A DNA stretch of 64,000 nt from an uncultured bacterium (GCA_947169285.1 CAMVPB010000005.1:545-64544); one strand, 5' to 3'; numbered from the stretch's first letter, positions 28,945 through 39,408 are shown. Notes: a model not told the origin generated them from the letters alone. Numbers and translations are program-made.

Positions 28945-29961
28945 ATGAAAAAGGAACAAGAAATAGGAAAAGAAGATAATAAAAAAGCAATAATAATTCT
29001 TTCAATTGCAATTGTTGTTGTTTTGGGGTTAATTATTTTAACGGCGCTTTTAAGTAAAAATGAAGAAGAAAAGAAATTAGATGATAATAATGGCACTCCA
29101 GTAAAAATTGATTTAAAAGATAAAGATTTATCAACCGAAACAAAAGAAGCTTCAAACGTTAAACAAGTTTCAAGTAAGATATATGTTGTTAAATATTTAG
29201 ATATTGATGGGGAGCAACTTGGAAAAACACAAAGGATTTCATCACTTGAAGATAGAGTTAATGAAAAGGCTCCTAGAATTGATGGTATGAGATTTGTGGA
29301 GTGGATTCAAAAATATGATGAAAATGAAGATGTATATTATTTTATAGCATCTTATAGACAAAATGTTGAAGCAGTTACAGAAGAAATTAAAGTAACACAC
29401 AAAACACCACCAACTTATAGTGCGACTGTAACACCAGTAGATAATGAAAACGCTGATAAACCAACATATGATGTCGATATTGAAGGAGAAGTTCCAGAAG
29501 CAGAGCTTGGAGAAGATGTATCAATATCAGAAGAATATGCTCATATTTTGGTGTTAAGATTTTATGCTCCAGAAGATGTAACAAAAGAACAAATAGAAAA
29601 TATGAAAGTAACTGTTCATGCTACTAATCCAAACGAAACAATTAATGAAGATCAATATTCATACAATGGAGAAGATACTAATAAATCTGGTAGAGAACTT
29701 CTAGATAGCACTGATGAAGAATATGAAAACGGAGTATTCTATTTTGATTATTATCAAGAAACAGATACTGGAACAAATACAACAATTGAAGTTTATTGGG
29801 GAAATGATCCTGATGCTAATGAAACGACTGAGCCAAAAGATGAATATGTTGAAGTGTATAATGTAAACATAGATAATGTAACTAATAGTCAAGAAACAGA
29901 AGAAAAGCCAGCAGAAGAATTAACGCCAGAGGAACCACAAGAAGATCAAGGACAAGAGTAA
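28945..29961 (+). CDS. Membrane-anchored acidic hypothetical protein, 338 aa
   Basis: Single N-terminal TM segment and a Glu/Asp/Thr-rich extracellular region. Confidence 0.45.
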   Translation: MKKEQEIGKEDNKKAIIILSIAIVVVLGLIILTALLSKNEEEKKLDDNNGTPVKIDLKDKDLSTETKEASNVKQVSSKIYVVKYLDIDGEQLGKTQRISSLEDRVNEKAPRIDGMRFVEWIQKYDENEDVYYFIASYRQNVEAVTEEIKVTHKTPPTYSATVTPVDNENADKPTYDVDIEGEVPEAELGEDVSISEEYAHILVLRFYAPEDVTKEQIENMKVTVHATNPNETINEDQYSYNGEDTNKSGRELLDSTDEEYENGVFYFDYYQETDTGTNTTIEVYWGNDPDANETTEPKDEYVEVYNVNIDNVTNSQETEEKPAEELTPEEPQEDQGQE

Positions 29962-30030
29962 TGTTCTTGTCTTTTTATTTTATATTTGATACAATGTATA
30001 TAGATGAAGAAAACTTCATATAATAAAAAG

Positions 30031-30107
30031 GACACACCTTAAAGAGTAGGTGTGCTCCGAGTTTTCGTTACACACTAGCCCTTGTTAAGGCTAGTGTGAT
30101 TTTTATT
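30031..30107 (+). ncRNA. Putative antisense RNA (type I antitoxin-like), copy 3
   Basis: Promoter aaacttcatataat. The terminator hairpin is again a different sequence (cacactagcccttgttaaggctagtgtg) plus T-tract. Confidence 0.4.
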
Positions 30108-30183
30108 TGGACAATAGTACTATAAATACTAGAGCAAACAAGAGGATGATTATTACAAAGTATGGGATTTCTTTTCTAGTCAT
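30103..30183 (-). CDS. Small hydrophobic peptide, 26 aa (MTRKEIPYFVIIILLFALVFIVLLSK), type I toxin-like paralogue
   Basis: Minus-strand ATG preceded by RBS ggaggtga. Minus-strand promoter TTGCAT-17-TAATAT retained at 30254..30282 with a diverged spacer. Confidence 0.55.
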   Translation of the reverse strand: MTRKEIPYFVIIILLFALVFIVLLSK

Positions 30184-30469
30184 AAATCATCACCTCCTCA
30201 AAATTTATAGTTTTAAGGAGCACACACTAACCTCTATTAAGATGTGTCTAAGTCATATTAACACAGTGAGTTTAGCTATGCAAATGCGTACTTTAAAGTT
30301 TTAATAATACAATAAATACATATAATTTAATTTCTGTTATATGTATTTTTTTAGTTTTAATTTATCAAATATTAAATATATACAAAATTTAATAATTTAC
30401 ACTGTAAATGTAAAATGTAAAACTAAAAAGTGCAGTTGATATATATATATATATATGGTATAATAGTCC

Positions 30470-31570
30470 ATGAAAGGTAGTGAAAATATGGAAGAAAAGA
30501 AAATGTCACCAATATTAATAGTTATACTATCAGTATTAGGTACATGTTTAGTAGGGTTTTGTGTATGGTATGGAGTAAACTATTTTAAAGATGATGTGGA
30601 GCCAGAAGGTCCAACCCCTGAAACTCCAGTTGAAGAACCAATAAACAATGTCACGGAAGATTATGTGGACGGAGAGTATCACACATACATTGTTTATTCA
30701 TCTAAAAACAGTGAAAACTATAAGAAAGTGGATTATAGCAAATTGTTTGTTTTAAAACCTTATGATGAAGCTGAAGAAGAAGTTTTAATAAGCGCTGATA
30801 ATGTAATTACTTTAAAGGGCTATCCTAATATTAAAGATAAATCATTAAAAGTAGATGAAAAAATAGTTTCTGCGTTAATTGATTCTGATTGTAGTGGTTC
30901 GATTTCAATTTATTACTTAACAGAATCTAAAAAACTATATTATGCTGATTTGTATTCAGATGAAGGCAATCATGAAGAGTTTAAAGCTAATTTAATTGAT
31001 ACTAATGTAGAAAAGATAGGATATGCAAATTTGAATAGATTTACTACTTGTGGTGGAAAAACTATTGCTTATAAAAAAGTTGGAGATGATAACAATTATA
31101 AGGCAATCGGATATTATGGTTTCGAACAAAAAAAGACAATCGTTGGGTCTAAAGATATGAAATATGAAAACTATGATGAAGCATTATACGATGGAGATTA
31201 TTCTAATATATTGGTATTATATAAGAACTATCCAAACAAAAAAATTGATGACAATTCAGTTATTTTAAAAGATTCAAAAGGAAAAGATTTATATATTAAG
31301 GGAGCATTTGTTAGTAGTGAGCAATATCAAAAGGAAAATAAGAATTATATATATTTCTTAGGTGAAGATGATTATTTATATCATTATCCATATGGATACT
31401 CTACTAAAAATGTAAAAGCAGTTAAATACAATGATTCAAAAGTTAAAAAAATAACACCTTCTAAAACGAAAGGCTGGGAACCTATTGTATTAACAATCGA
31501 ATATGAGAATGGTAAAACAGAAAAAATCAATGCAGATAGTTATGAAGGTTGTACTAATTTAGATTTATAA
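30470..31570 (+). CDS. Membrane-anchored hypothetical protein, 366 aa
   Basis: N-terminal TM segment (SPILIVILSVLGTCLVGFCVWYGV). No recognisable motif. Confidence 0.45.
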   Translation: MKGSENMEEKKMSPILIVILSVLGTCLVGFCVWYGVNYFKDDVEPEGPTPETPVEEPINNVTEDYVDGEYHTYIVYSSKNSENYKKVDYSKLFVLKPYDEAEEEVLISADNVITLKGYPNIKDKSLKVDEKIVSALIDSDCSGSISIYYLTESKKLYYADLYSDEGNHEEFKANLIDTNVEKIGYANLNRFTTCGGKTIAYKKVGDDNNYKAIGYYGFEQKKTIVGSKDMKYENYDEALYDGDYSNILVLYKNYPNKKIDDNSVILKDSKGKDLYIKGAFVSSEQYQKENKNYIYFLGEDDYLYHYPYGYSTKNVKAVKYNDSKVKKITPSKTKGWEPIVLTIEYENGKTEKINADSYEGCTNLDL

Positions 31571-31578
31571 GAGCATTC

Positions 31579-32262
31579 TTGCTCTTTTTTAATGATATAA
31601 AATTTGATATAATTAACTTGATGTATATGGAAGTTTTAATTGATGGAAAAAGTTATAAAGTTAATATAATTAGAAAGAATAATCGTAATACTTATCTTAG
31701 AGTTAAAAATGATTTACAAATATACATAACAACTAATTATTTAATGCCTAATTTTGGAATAGAAAAATTTATAAAAGAAAATATTCCATCAGTTAAAAAA
31801 ATGATTGATAGACAGATAAGAAAAAAAGAAAAAAATGAATCATTTTATTATTTAGGTAAAAAATATGATATAGTTATTTGTAATTCAATTAAAAAAGTTA
31901 CATTTGATGAAGATCATGTGTTTATAAATGATAAAAAGAAATTAGATAAATTTTTAAAAGATGAAACAATAAGAATATTTGAAGAAAGACTTAAAACTAA
32001 TTATGATAAGTTTGAAGAAAGGATACCTTATCCAATTCTTAAAATAAGAAAGATGAGAGCTAAATGGGGATATAATAGAAAACCTGGTAATGTAGTTATG
32101 CTTAATTCTGAATTAATAAAATATAGTATAGATGAAATTGATTATGTTATTGTTCATGAATTATGTCATTTTTTAGAGTTTAATCATTCAAGGAATTTTT
32201 GGAATTATGTTAAAAAATATAAACCGAATTATAAAGAAAATAGAAGAGTATTAAAGGAGTAA
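31579..32262 (+). CDS. M48/DUF45 (YgjP-like) zinc metallopeptidase family protein
   Basis: HExxH within VIVHELCHFLEFNHSRNFW near the C-terminus is typical of the WLM/DUF45 family. Confidence 0.55.
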   Translation: MLFFNDIKFDIINLMYMEVLIDGKSYKVNIIRKNNRNTYLRVKNDLQIYITTNYLMPNFGIEKFIKENIPSVKKMIDRQIRKKEKNESFYYLGKKYDIVICNSIKKVTFDEDHVFINDKKKLDKFLKDETIRIFEERLKTNYDKFEERIPYPILKIRKMRAKWGYNRKPGNVVMLNSELIKYSIDEIDYVIVHELCHFLEFNHSRNFWNYVKKYKPNYKENRRVLKE

Positions 32263-32265
32263 ATT

Positions 32266-33000
32266 ATGGTAATTGAAAGTGTTCAAAATGAAAAAATAAA
32301 ATATTTTAGAAAACTAAGAGAAACTAAATATATTAAAGAATACAAAGAATTTATAGTTGAAGGGGAACACCTTGTAGAAGAAGCTATTAAAAATGGATAT
32401 GCAAAGGAAATAATTTTATTAAATGGTAAAGATTATAATACTGATTTGAATAAAATATATGTATCTGATAATGTATTAAAAAGTATATCTTTATTAAAAA
32501 CTCCTCAATATATTATGGCCCTATGTAATGTAATAGACAATAAAGAAATAAAAGGAAGTAGATTATTACTTCTTGATAATGTATCTGATCCTGGTAATTT
32601 AGGAACTATTATAAGAAGTAGTGTTGCTTTTAATATAGATACAATTATATTAAGTGAAGATTCAGTTAATTTATATAATGACAAAGTAGTAAGATCATCA
32701 GAAGGTATGATATTTAATACTAACATAATTACCATGAATTTGAGTGATTCAATTAAAGAAATAAAAAATAAAGGTATAAAAGTATATGGGACAGATCTTA
32801 AAGGTAGTAAGTATTTACATGAATTTAATAAACCAACTTCTTTTGCTTTAATAGTAGGTAATGAAGGAATGGGTATGAAAAAAGAAATATTAGATTTATG
32901 TGATGAAAATATCAAAATAGAAATGAATAATAATTGTGAAAGTCTTAATGTAGGGGTTGCAACTTCTATTATTTTATATGAATGGAGTAATCATGAATAA
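32266..33000 (+). CDS. TrmH/SpoU-family RNA 2'-O-methyltransferase, 244 aa
   Basis: SpoU motifs LLLLDNVSDPGNLGTIIRSSVAF and IVGNEGMG. Confidence 0.75.
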   Translation: MVIESVQNEKIKYFRKLRETKYIKEYKEFIVEGEHLVEEAIKNGYAKEIILLNGKDYNTDLNKIYVSDNVLKSISLLKTPQYIMALCNVIDNKEIKGSRLLLLDNVSDPGNLGTIIRSSVAFNIDTIILSEDSVNLYNDKVVRSSEGMIFNTNIITMNLSDSIKEIKNKGIKVYGTDLKGSKYLHEFNKPTSFALIVGNEGMGMKKEILDLCDENIKIEMNNNCESLNVGVATSIILYEWSNHE

Positions 33001-33469
33001 GATAAAAGTAGGTGTAATAGTAAACACTCATGGTATTAAAGGTGAAATAAGAATAATAAGTAATTTTGATTATAAAGATAGAGTATTTAAAATAAATAAT
33101 ATTCTTTATACAGATGAAAATGAAGAGTTAAAAATAAACAGTTATAGAAAACATAAAAATTATGATATGATTACATTTAATAATATAAATGATATAAAAG
33201 ATGTATTAAAGTATAAAGGTAAATATGTTTATTTTGATAAAGATAAATTAGAATTGAATGATAATGAGTATTTAGATGATGATTTAATTGGATTAGATGT
33301 ATATTTTAATAATAACTTAATTGGTAAATTAGATGATATTGAAATAAATGGTAATAGAAAGTTATTCGTTATTAACAATAAATTAATACCATACAATGAT
33401 AATTTTATAGATAATATTGATATAACTAATAACAAAATAGTATTGAAAAATATAGAAGGTTTGATATAA
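32993..33469 (+). CDS. rimM: 16S rRNA processing protein RimM
   Basis: MNKIKVGVIVNTHGIKGEIRI is the RimM N-terminus. It lies in the conserved rimM-trmD-rplS arrangement. The track start at 32957 is likely too far upstream. Confidence 0.8.
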   Translation: MNKIKVGVIVNTHGIKGEIRIISNFDYKDRVFKINNILYTDENEELKINSYRKHKNYDMITFNNINDIKDVLKYKGKYVYFDKDKLELNDNEYLDDDLIGLDVYFNNNLIGKLDDIEINGNRKLFVINNKLIPYNDNFIDNIDITNNKIVLKNIEGLI

Positions 33470-33497
33470 TATATTTTAAAGAATTTTGGGGTGTAAT

Positions 33498-34160
33498 ATG
33501 AGAATAGATATTTTAACTCTTTTTCCTAGTATGTTTGATGGATTTTTAAATGAAAGTATTATTAAAAGGGCAAGAGAAAAAGGGCTAGTTGAAATTAACA
33601 TTATTAATATAAGAGATTTTACTCCATATAAGAATGGTCAAGTAGATGATTATGCTTTTGGAGGCGGAGCTGGGATGGTTTTAATGTGTGAACCAGTTTA
33701 TAATGCAATTAATAGTGTTAAAGATGGAAACTCCAAAATATTACTTACATCTCCAAGAGGAAATAAATTTAATCAAAAAAGGGCATTAGAATTAAAAAAT
33801 GAATCTCATTTAGTAATAGTGTGTGGTCATTATGAAGGATTTGATGAAAGAATTCTTAATTTTGTAGATGAAGAAATATCTATTGGGGATTATGTACTTA
33901 CTGGTGGCGAGATACCTTCAATGGTAATTACTGATGCAGTAACCAGATTAATAGATGGAGTTATAACAAAAGAATCATTAGATAATGAATCATTCAATGA
34001 TGAATTATTAGATTATCCAGTTTATACTAAACCAAGAGAATTTATGGGTATGGAAGTACCTGATGTATTATTAAGTGGTAATCATAAAAAGATAGATGAA
34101 TATAGGCAAAGTGAAAGAATAAGACTTACATCAAAATATAAAAATACTAAAGTGGAGTAG
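33498..34160 (+). CDS. trmD: tRNA (guanine37-N1)-methyltransferase TrmD
   Basis: MRIDILTLFPSMFDGFLNESIIKRA ... VCGHYEGFDERI ... LTGGEIPSMV are the TrmD SPOUT motifs. Confidence 0.9.
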   Translation: MRIDILTLFPSMFDGFLNESIIKRAREKGLVEINIINIRDFTPYKNGQVDDYAFGGGAGMVLMCEPVYNAINSVKDGNSKILLTSPRGNKFNQKRALELKNESHLVIVCGHYEGFDERILNFVDEEISIGDYVLTGGEIPSMVITDAVTRLIDGVITKESLDNESFNDELLDYPVYTKPREFMGMEVPDVLLSGNHKKIDEYRQSERIRLTSKYKNTKVE

Positions 34161-34163
34161 ATT

Positions 34164-34604
34164 ATGAAATATATATTAGACAATAAAAGCGATAAAGTAA
34201 AAAGTGTTACTGAAAATAAATTAAATGGTTTAGAAATAAAAACTAAAGGTGAAAATGTAATTGGTGCATCTAAAGTATTAATTGTTGATAGTGAATTAAA
34301 AGATTTATATATCAAAAATAAAATAAATAAGAAATTAGTTACCATATTAGCTAAAATGCAATATATATTGGATAGCGATGATAATGATACTACAAATGTA
34401 ACTTTAGTTTTAGGAGAAATAGATAGACTTAAAAGTATATTAATAAATAAATATAAAGAACATTTAAAAATAGAAGAATTTTCTTACTTATTAAAAAAAT
34501 TAATGATAATAGAAGAAGAGTTCAAATTAAAATATAATAGAAAACAAGTTTATAGAGAAATGTTGATGGAAGATTTAGATGAAATGATAGGGAAAGGCAG
34601 ATAG
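34164..34604 (+). CDS. Hypothetical protein, 146 aa
   Basis: ORF in the operon between trmD and rplS. Confidence 0.45.
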   Translation: MKYILDNKSDKVKSVTENKLNGLEIKTKGENVIGASKVLIVDSELKDLYIKNKINKKLVTILAKMQYILDSDDNDTTNVTLVLGEIDRLKSILINKYKEHLKIEEFSYLLKKLMIIEEEFKLKYNRKQVYREMLMEDLDEMIGKGR

Positions 34605-34728
34605 AAATTTGTCTTTTTTTGTTAAAGTACTTGTAAAAATAGTTTGTTTATGATAATATACCTTTGTTAATCCGCTTCTTATAATATGTATAAGTATGAT
34701 TAGAAAAACGCAGGAAGGAGTGAATATT

Positions 34729-35067
34729 ATGAATTTAATCGAAAAGATTAATGCACGTCAATTAAAAAGTGATGTTCCTGAATTTAGAGTAGGAGATACA
34801 GTTAGAGTTGATGTTAAAATTAAAGAAGGAAAAAGAGAAAGAATTCAAGCTTTTGAAGGTGTAGTAACATCTAGAAAAGGTGGAAGCGTTACTGAAACAT
34901 TTACAGTAAGAAAGAAAACTGGTAGTGTTGGAATTAATAGAGTATTTCCAGTACATAGTCCAGTAATTGAAAAAATCACCGTAGTTAAGAAGGGCAAAGT
35001 TAGAAGAGCTAAACTAAATTTCTTAAAAGGAATTAAAGGTGCATTTAAAATTAAAGAAAGAAATTAG
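34729..35067 (+). CDS. rplS: 50S ribosomal protein L19
   Basis: MNLIEKINARQLKSDVPEFRVGDTVRV... is the canonical L19. RBS aggaagga. Confidence 0.9.
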   Translation: MNLIEKINARQLKSDVPEFRVGDTVRVDVKIKEGKRERIQAFEGVVTSRKGGSVTETFTVRKKTGSVGINRVFPVHSPVIEKITVVKKGKVRRAKLNFLKGIKGAFKIKERN

Positions 35068-35099
35068 GTTTAACACCTAATTTTTATTTAGGAGATAAT

Positions 35100-35588
35100 A
35101 TGAATAAAAAGATAAAAGAAATAATGTCATATATAATAATTATAATTGTTGTAGTATTGATTAGATCATTTATAATAACTCCAGCTAGGGTTGATGGAGA
35201 AAGTATGGAAAACACTTTATACAATGGTGAAATAGTTTTATTTAATAAAATAGGTTTAAAGGTAAACGGTCTTAAAAGATTTGATATAGTTGTATTTAAA
35301 CAAGAAAAAGATTTACTTATTAAAAGAGTAATAGGCTTACCTGGTGAAACAGTTGAATATATTAATAATGAACTTTATGTAAATTATAAAAAAGTTGATG
35401 TGCCTTTTGAATTCGAATATACAAAAGATTTTAAATATCAAATACCTACTGATGAGTATTTTATTTTAGGTGATAATAGAGATAATTCAAAAGATAGTAG
35501 ATATTTTGGAGGCATAAAATTTAAGAATATAAAAGGTAAAGTTAATTTTATATTATTTCCATTTAATAGAATAGGTAAAGTTAAATAA
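35100..35588 (+). CDS. lepB: Signal peptidase I
   Basis: N-terminal TM segment, catalytic Ser in VDGESMENTL, and KRVIGLPGE...GDNRDNS boxes. Confidence 0.85.
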   Translation: MNKKIKEIMSYIIIIIVVVLIRSFIITPARVDGESMENTLYNGEIVLFNKIGLKVNGLKRFDIVVFKQEKDLLIKRVIGLPGETVEYINNELYVNYKKVDVPFEFEYTKDFKYQIPTDEYFILGDNRDNSKDSRYFGGIKFKNIKGKVNFILFPFNRIGKVK

Positions 35589-35644
35589 TAGTAACTTTGC
35601 CTTTTTAAATACGCCAATATATGATACAATTTTATTGATGTAGT

Positions 35645-36658
35645 ATGAAAAAGCGAATTGTTTGGATTGATATATTAAGAATGATTGGGGTTTTTGGCGT
35701 AATATTAATGCATGTAGTGGGTAATACAATTAACACATATGGAAATCTTTCTAAAACCGCTAATTACATTTATGTTTTTATTGGGATATTATTTCAATTT
35801 TCAGTACCATTATTTGTAATGATTAGTGGGATGATGTTTTTAGGCAAGAAAGATATTACTTTTAAAGAAATGTTTAAAAAATATATTATTAAAATAATAC
35901 TAATTATTTTAATAATTGGAACTTGCATGATATTAATGGAAGAAGTGTTTTTTAATAAAAATATATCAGTAAGTTTGATAAAAAGAGTATTTATTAGATT
36001 GATTACTGGAAATATATGGGCTCATATGTGGTATTTGTATTTAATATTGGGTTTATATTTAATAACACCCACTTTAGTTCTTATTACTAACAACATAAAG
36101 CAGCAGGATTATAAAATGTTACTAATTGTGTTATTTGTAATCACTGTATTATTATCAACTTTAAATAGAATATTTAGTATAAATATAGCTTTAAATACAA
36201 TAGGAATTTCTGGATATATTTTTTATTATTTTTATGGTTATTATTTATATAAATATGATATATCTAAAAAATATAAAGTTTTAAACTATATTCTATCGTT
36301 ATTTAGTTTTATATTTTTAATTTATTATGTAAATAAATATGCATCATTAAGTGCTTCATTTAGTTATACAACATTTATTCCTTTTATATTTGCTGGTTCG
36401 TGTATACTATTATTTAAAAATAAAGATATTAAATTAAAGATAAATAATTTAATTAATTCAATAGGAATATGTGGTCTTGGAATATATGTATTACATCAAT
36501 TTTTTATTAATATAATTTACAAACTATTAAAATTTAGATATATAGTATATCACCCATATACAGGCTTAGTTTTTTATACATTAATGATATTTATTATTTC
36601 CTATATAATTACATATCTTTTAAGAAAAATAAAAATAATAAGGAAGTATTTATTATAA
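35645..36658 (+). CDS. Acyltransferase family 3 integral membrane protein, 337 aa
   Basis: MKKRIVWIDILRMIGVFGVILMHV start is typical, with about 10 TM segments. Confidence 0.55.
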   Translation: MKKRIVWIDILRMIGVFGVILMHVVGNTINTYGNLSKTANYIYVFIGILFQFSVPLFVMISGMMFLGKKDITFKEMFKKYIIKIILIILIIGTCMILMEEVFFNKNISVSLIKRVFIRLITGNIWAHMWYLYLILGLYLITPTLVLITNNIKQQDYKMLLIVLFVITVLLSTLNRIFSINIALNTIGISGYIFYYFYGYYLYKYDISKKYKVLNYILSLFSFIFLIYYVNKYASLSASFSYTTFIPFIFAGSCILLFKNKDIKLKINNLINSIGICGLGIYVLHQFFINIIYKLLKFRYIVYHPYTGLVFYTLMIFIISYIITYLLRKIKIIRKYLL

Positions 36659-36659
36659 A

Positions 36660-37370
36660 CTATCTAGTTTGAATAAATTTTATACTTCCTTTTTCTTTTT
36701 TATTATTTAATAAATTACTCTCTTTTAATAAATGTTTGACTCTTTTAGCCGTTCCCTTATTCCCATCTACAATTTTTATGGTTTTAAAATATTTTTTAAT
36801 ATCATTTTTTATGATTGGATAATGAGTACATCCAAGTACTATAGAGTCTATATTACAATTTTTATATTTATTTAAATTATCATTTAATATTCTACTAATT
36901 CTCTTTTTATCATTGTTTTCTATTGCGTTAGCTAAACCCTCACAAGGCAATAAATATATATTTTGTTTTTCCTTTTTGTTTTTATTTATTAATTCTTTTG
37001 TTCTTTGTGATGATATTGTGTTAGGAGTAGCCATTAAAAGTATATTTTTATAATCATTGTCGCAAGCCACTTTAATAGCTGGTTCAACTCCAACAAATAA
37101 AATATTTGGATAATCTTTTCTTAATGTATTAATAAATTTAGTTGTAACTGTATTACAAGCAATTACTATTAATTTAACATTATATTTTAATAGTTCATTA
37201 ATAATATTGTGTACTATTTTATCTAATTCTTTCTTACTTTTTTCACCAAAAGGATTATTTTTTGAATCTGCATAATAAATATAGTCTTCATTGGGAAGAA
37301 TTCTTCTTATTTCTTTTAAAGTTGTTAATCCTCCAATTCCAGAGTCAAATATTCCAATACTTTTATTCAT
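36660..37370 (-). CDS. murI: Glutamate racemase
   Basis: IGIFDSGIGGLT ... IVIACNTVTT ... VLGCTHYP motifs. Confidence 0.85.
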   Translation of the reverse strand: MNKSIGIFDSGIGGLTTLKEIRRILPNEDYIYYADSKNNPFGEKSKKELDKIVHNIINELLKYNVKLIVIACNTVTTKFINTLRKDYPNILFVGVEPAIKVACDNDYKNILLMATPNTISSQRTKELINKNKKEKQNIYLLPCEGLANAIENNDKKRISRILNDNLNKYKNCNIDSIVLGCTHYPIIKNDIKKYFKTIKIVDGNKGTAKRVKHLLKESNLLNNKKEKGSIKFIQTR

Positions 37371-37423
37371 AATAAATATTATACATAATTTTTAAAATAA
37401 ATGCTATTTTATGCTATAATTAA

Positions 37424-37921
37424 ATGGGTGATATTATGAGCAAAATAAAAGAATTATTAAAAGATAAAAATAGTGTGTTAGTATTTGATGTAGATGGAGT
37501 ACTTGCATTATTAGAGTTTGGAGAATATAATCATTATTATGCCTCAGATGAAGATTGGGATAAGTTTGTAAATGAAAATAACAATTTATATACTACAGAT
37601 AAAGTAAGCAAAAAAATGCAAAAATTTTTAAATAGAGTTGATAAAAATAGAGTTTATGTTATAACAGCAATAGGAGTTAATAAAGAAGGGGAATACAAAA
37701 AAGAATATGTTGAAAAATATTATGGAATAAATTCAAACAATGTTTATTATGTAGATAGAAATACTAGTAAAATAGATAATCTTAATGAAATAAAAAATAA
37801 ACATCCAGAAATAGAAGATTATCAATTAATAATGATAGATGATACTCCTGATGTTCTTACAGAAATACAAAATAATACTAATTATTCAACAGCACATATA
37901 AGTTCATTTTTAGATATTTAG
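37424..37921 (+). CDS. HAD-like hydrolase/nucleotidase-like protein (likely start 37436)
   Basis: VLVFDVDGVLA DxDG motif of HAD phosphatases. Confidence 0.5.
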   Translation: MGDIMSKIKELLKDKNSVLVFDVDGVLALLEFGEYNHYYASDEDWDKFVNENNNLYTTDKVSKKMQKFLNRVDKNRVYVITAIGVNKEGEYKKEYVEKYYGINSNNVYYVDRNTSKIDNLNEIKNKHPEIEDYQLIMIDDTPDVLTEIQNNTNYSTAHISSFLDI

Positions 37922-37929
37922 GTGAAATT

Positions 37930-38265
37930 ATGGATCAAATATTTAATAAATTAGTTAGAGATAATATTCCAAATATTATTAAAAATAATGGTGAAGAATC
38001 AATTATAAGAATATTAGATGCTGCAGAATATAGAAAAGAATTGTATAAAAAGTTATTAGAAGAATGTAATGAAGTAATTAATTCAAAAAATAAAGGAGAA
38101 TTATTAGAAGAACTTGCAGATGTATTAGAAGTTATAAGATCTATTGCAAAATTAGAGAATAATGAATTGGATGATGTAATAGAAATATCGGATCAAAAAA
38201 AACTTAAACGCGGTGGTTTTGAAAAAAGAATATTTTTAGAAAAAACATATAAAAAGGAACAATAA
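37930..38265 (+). CDS. MazG-like nucleotide pyrophosphohydrolase family protein, 111 aa
   Basis: EECNEVINS...ELLEELADVLEVIRSIA acidic helix pattern of the MazG/HisE-like fold. Confidence 0.5.
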   Translation: MDQIFNKLVRDNIPNIIKNNGEESIIRILDAAEYRKELYKKLLEECNEVINSKNKGELLEELADVLEVIRSIAKLENNELDDVIEISDQKKLKRGGFEKRIFLEKTYKKEQ

Positions 38266-38594
38266 TGGAATATAGAAATTATTTAAATATATTTAATAGT
38301 AATTACAATTTTGCTGATTTGGGATATGCTGATGGGTATGCAGACTTACCTAGTGATGAAAAAACAATACTTTCACAATTATATGGTAAAATCAAAGAGG
38401 AAGAATTAGTCTATTCTCTAGATATGTATTTACAAGGATATGATTTAGGGAGTTGGTTAAGTCAAAATGCAGATACAATATATGATGAAGATGGGAATTT
38501 ATATGATAATATAAATCTTGATACATTATCATATAAAACACAAGCTAAACAATTAATAATTAATTATATAAAAAGTTATACAAAAAAGTACTAA
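38265..38594 (+). CDS. Hypothetical protein, 109 aa
   Basis: ORF overlapping the preceding stop, within a likely operon. Confidence 0.4.
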   Translation: MEYRNYLNIFNSNYNFADLGYADGYADLPSDEKTILSQLYGKIKEEELVYSLDMYLQGYDLGSWLSQNADTIYDEDGNLYDNINLDTLSYKTQAKQLIINYIKSYTKKY

Positions 38595-38603
38595 ATAAAC
38601 TGA

Positions 38604-39164
38604 TTGATTAATTTTATCAAGTATAAAATAAAAAATGAGGTGAATAATGTGACAACTTTAGATGAATACAAGGAATATTTAATAAATTATTATAGGTGGC
38701 CAATTGATAATAATGAAGATAGAAGAAAAGAAAGGGCAATCTATTTATCAGAACGATATTCAGATCAATATCTTCAAAAAATAATTGATGATACTTATAG
38801 TTTTATTAAAGATATATTTTTATCAGACACTATAAAAAAAGGATATTGTATGTTTGATGTAGATGAGAACCCTTCATCATATATAAAGCTTGCGATTCAT
38901 GGCGGTGGATTTTCAGACAATATTTATATAGATTCAGAAAAAAGATGTGTAAGTGAATATCTTTTAAAACGGATATTTGGAGAGTATTTAATTGTTGAAT
39001 TAAGAGAAAATGAGATAGAATATGAATCTGGTGATGATATTTTTGGAATAAGATGTGAATATTCTTTGTATATGCAAGGATTTCCTCAAAATGTAGATGA
39101 AATTAAAGAAAAACTGTTCGGAAAAAATAAAAAGTTAATAAAAGGAGTTGATCTGAGTGCTTGA
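38604..39164 (+). CDS. Hypothetical protein, 186 aa
   Basis: ORF within an operon. No recognisable motif. Confidence 0.4.
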   Translation: MINFIKYKIKNEVNNVTTLDEYKEYLINYYRWPIDNNEDRRKERAIYLSERYSDQYLQKIIDDTYSFIKDIFLSDTIKKGYCMFDVDENPSSYIKLAIHGGGFSDNIYIDSEKRCVSEYLLKRIFGEYLIVELRENEIEYESGDDIFGIRCEYSLYMQGFPQNVDEIKEKLFGKNKKLIKGVDLSA

Positions 39165-39408
39165 AAATAAAACTAATATAAACTGGTTGATTTCAATTTA
39201 ATTAAGAACACTCTTAAAACCTTATAAAATAAGGAAAAATGCAAAAATACATCTTGCATATTTTTAATAAAAATAGCTAAAAAATGATAAATATTATTAA
39301 AAATAGGTAAAAATCAGTGATTTTTTATTAAGAAGTTGCATGGTGATTACAAAAGTTAAGAACATATATGCAACAATATGTTATAATTAATTAAACAGGA
39401 GGGTTCAT

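Noticed and set aside
30107-30304. 65-aa plus-strand ORF inside the third repeat unit
   Set aside because: It overlaps the conserved minus-strand 26-aa peptide gene and its promoter. It has no RBS and its sequence is not conserved in the other two copies.
30436-30453. (AT)n microsatellite atatatatatatatatat
   Set aside because: A trivial simple repeat in an AT-rich promoter region. No further structure.
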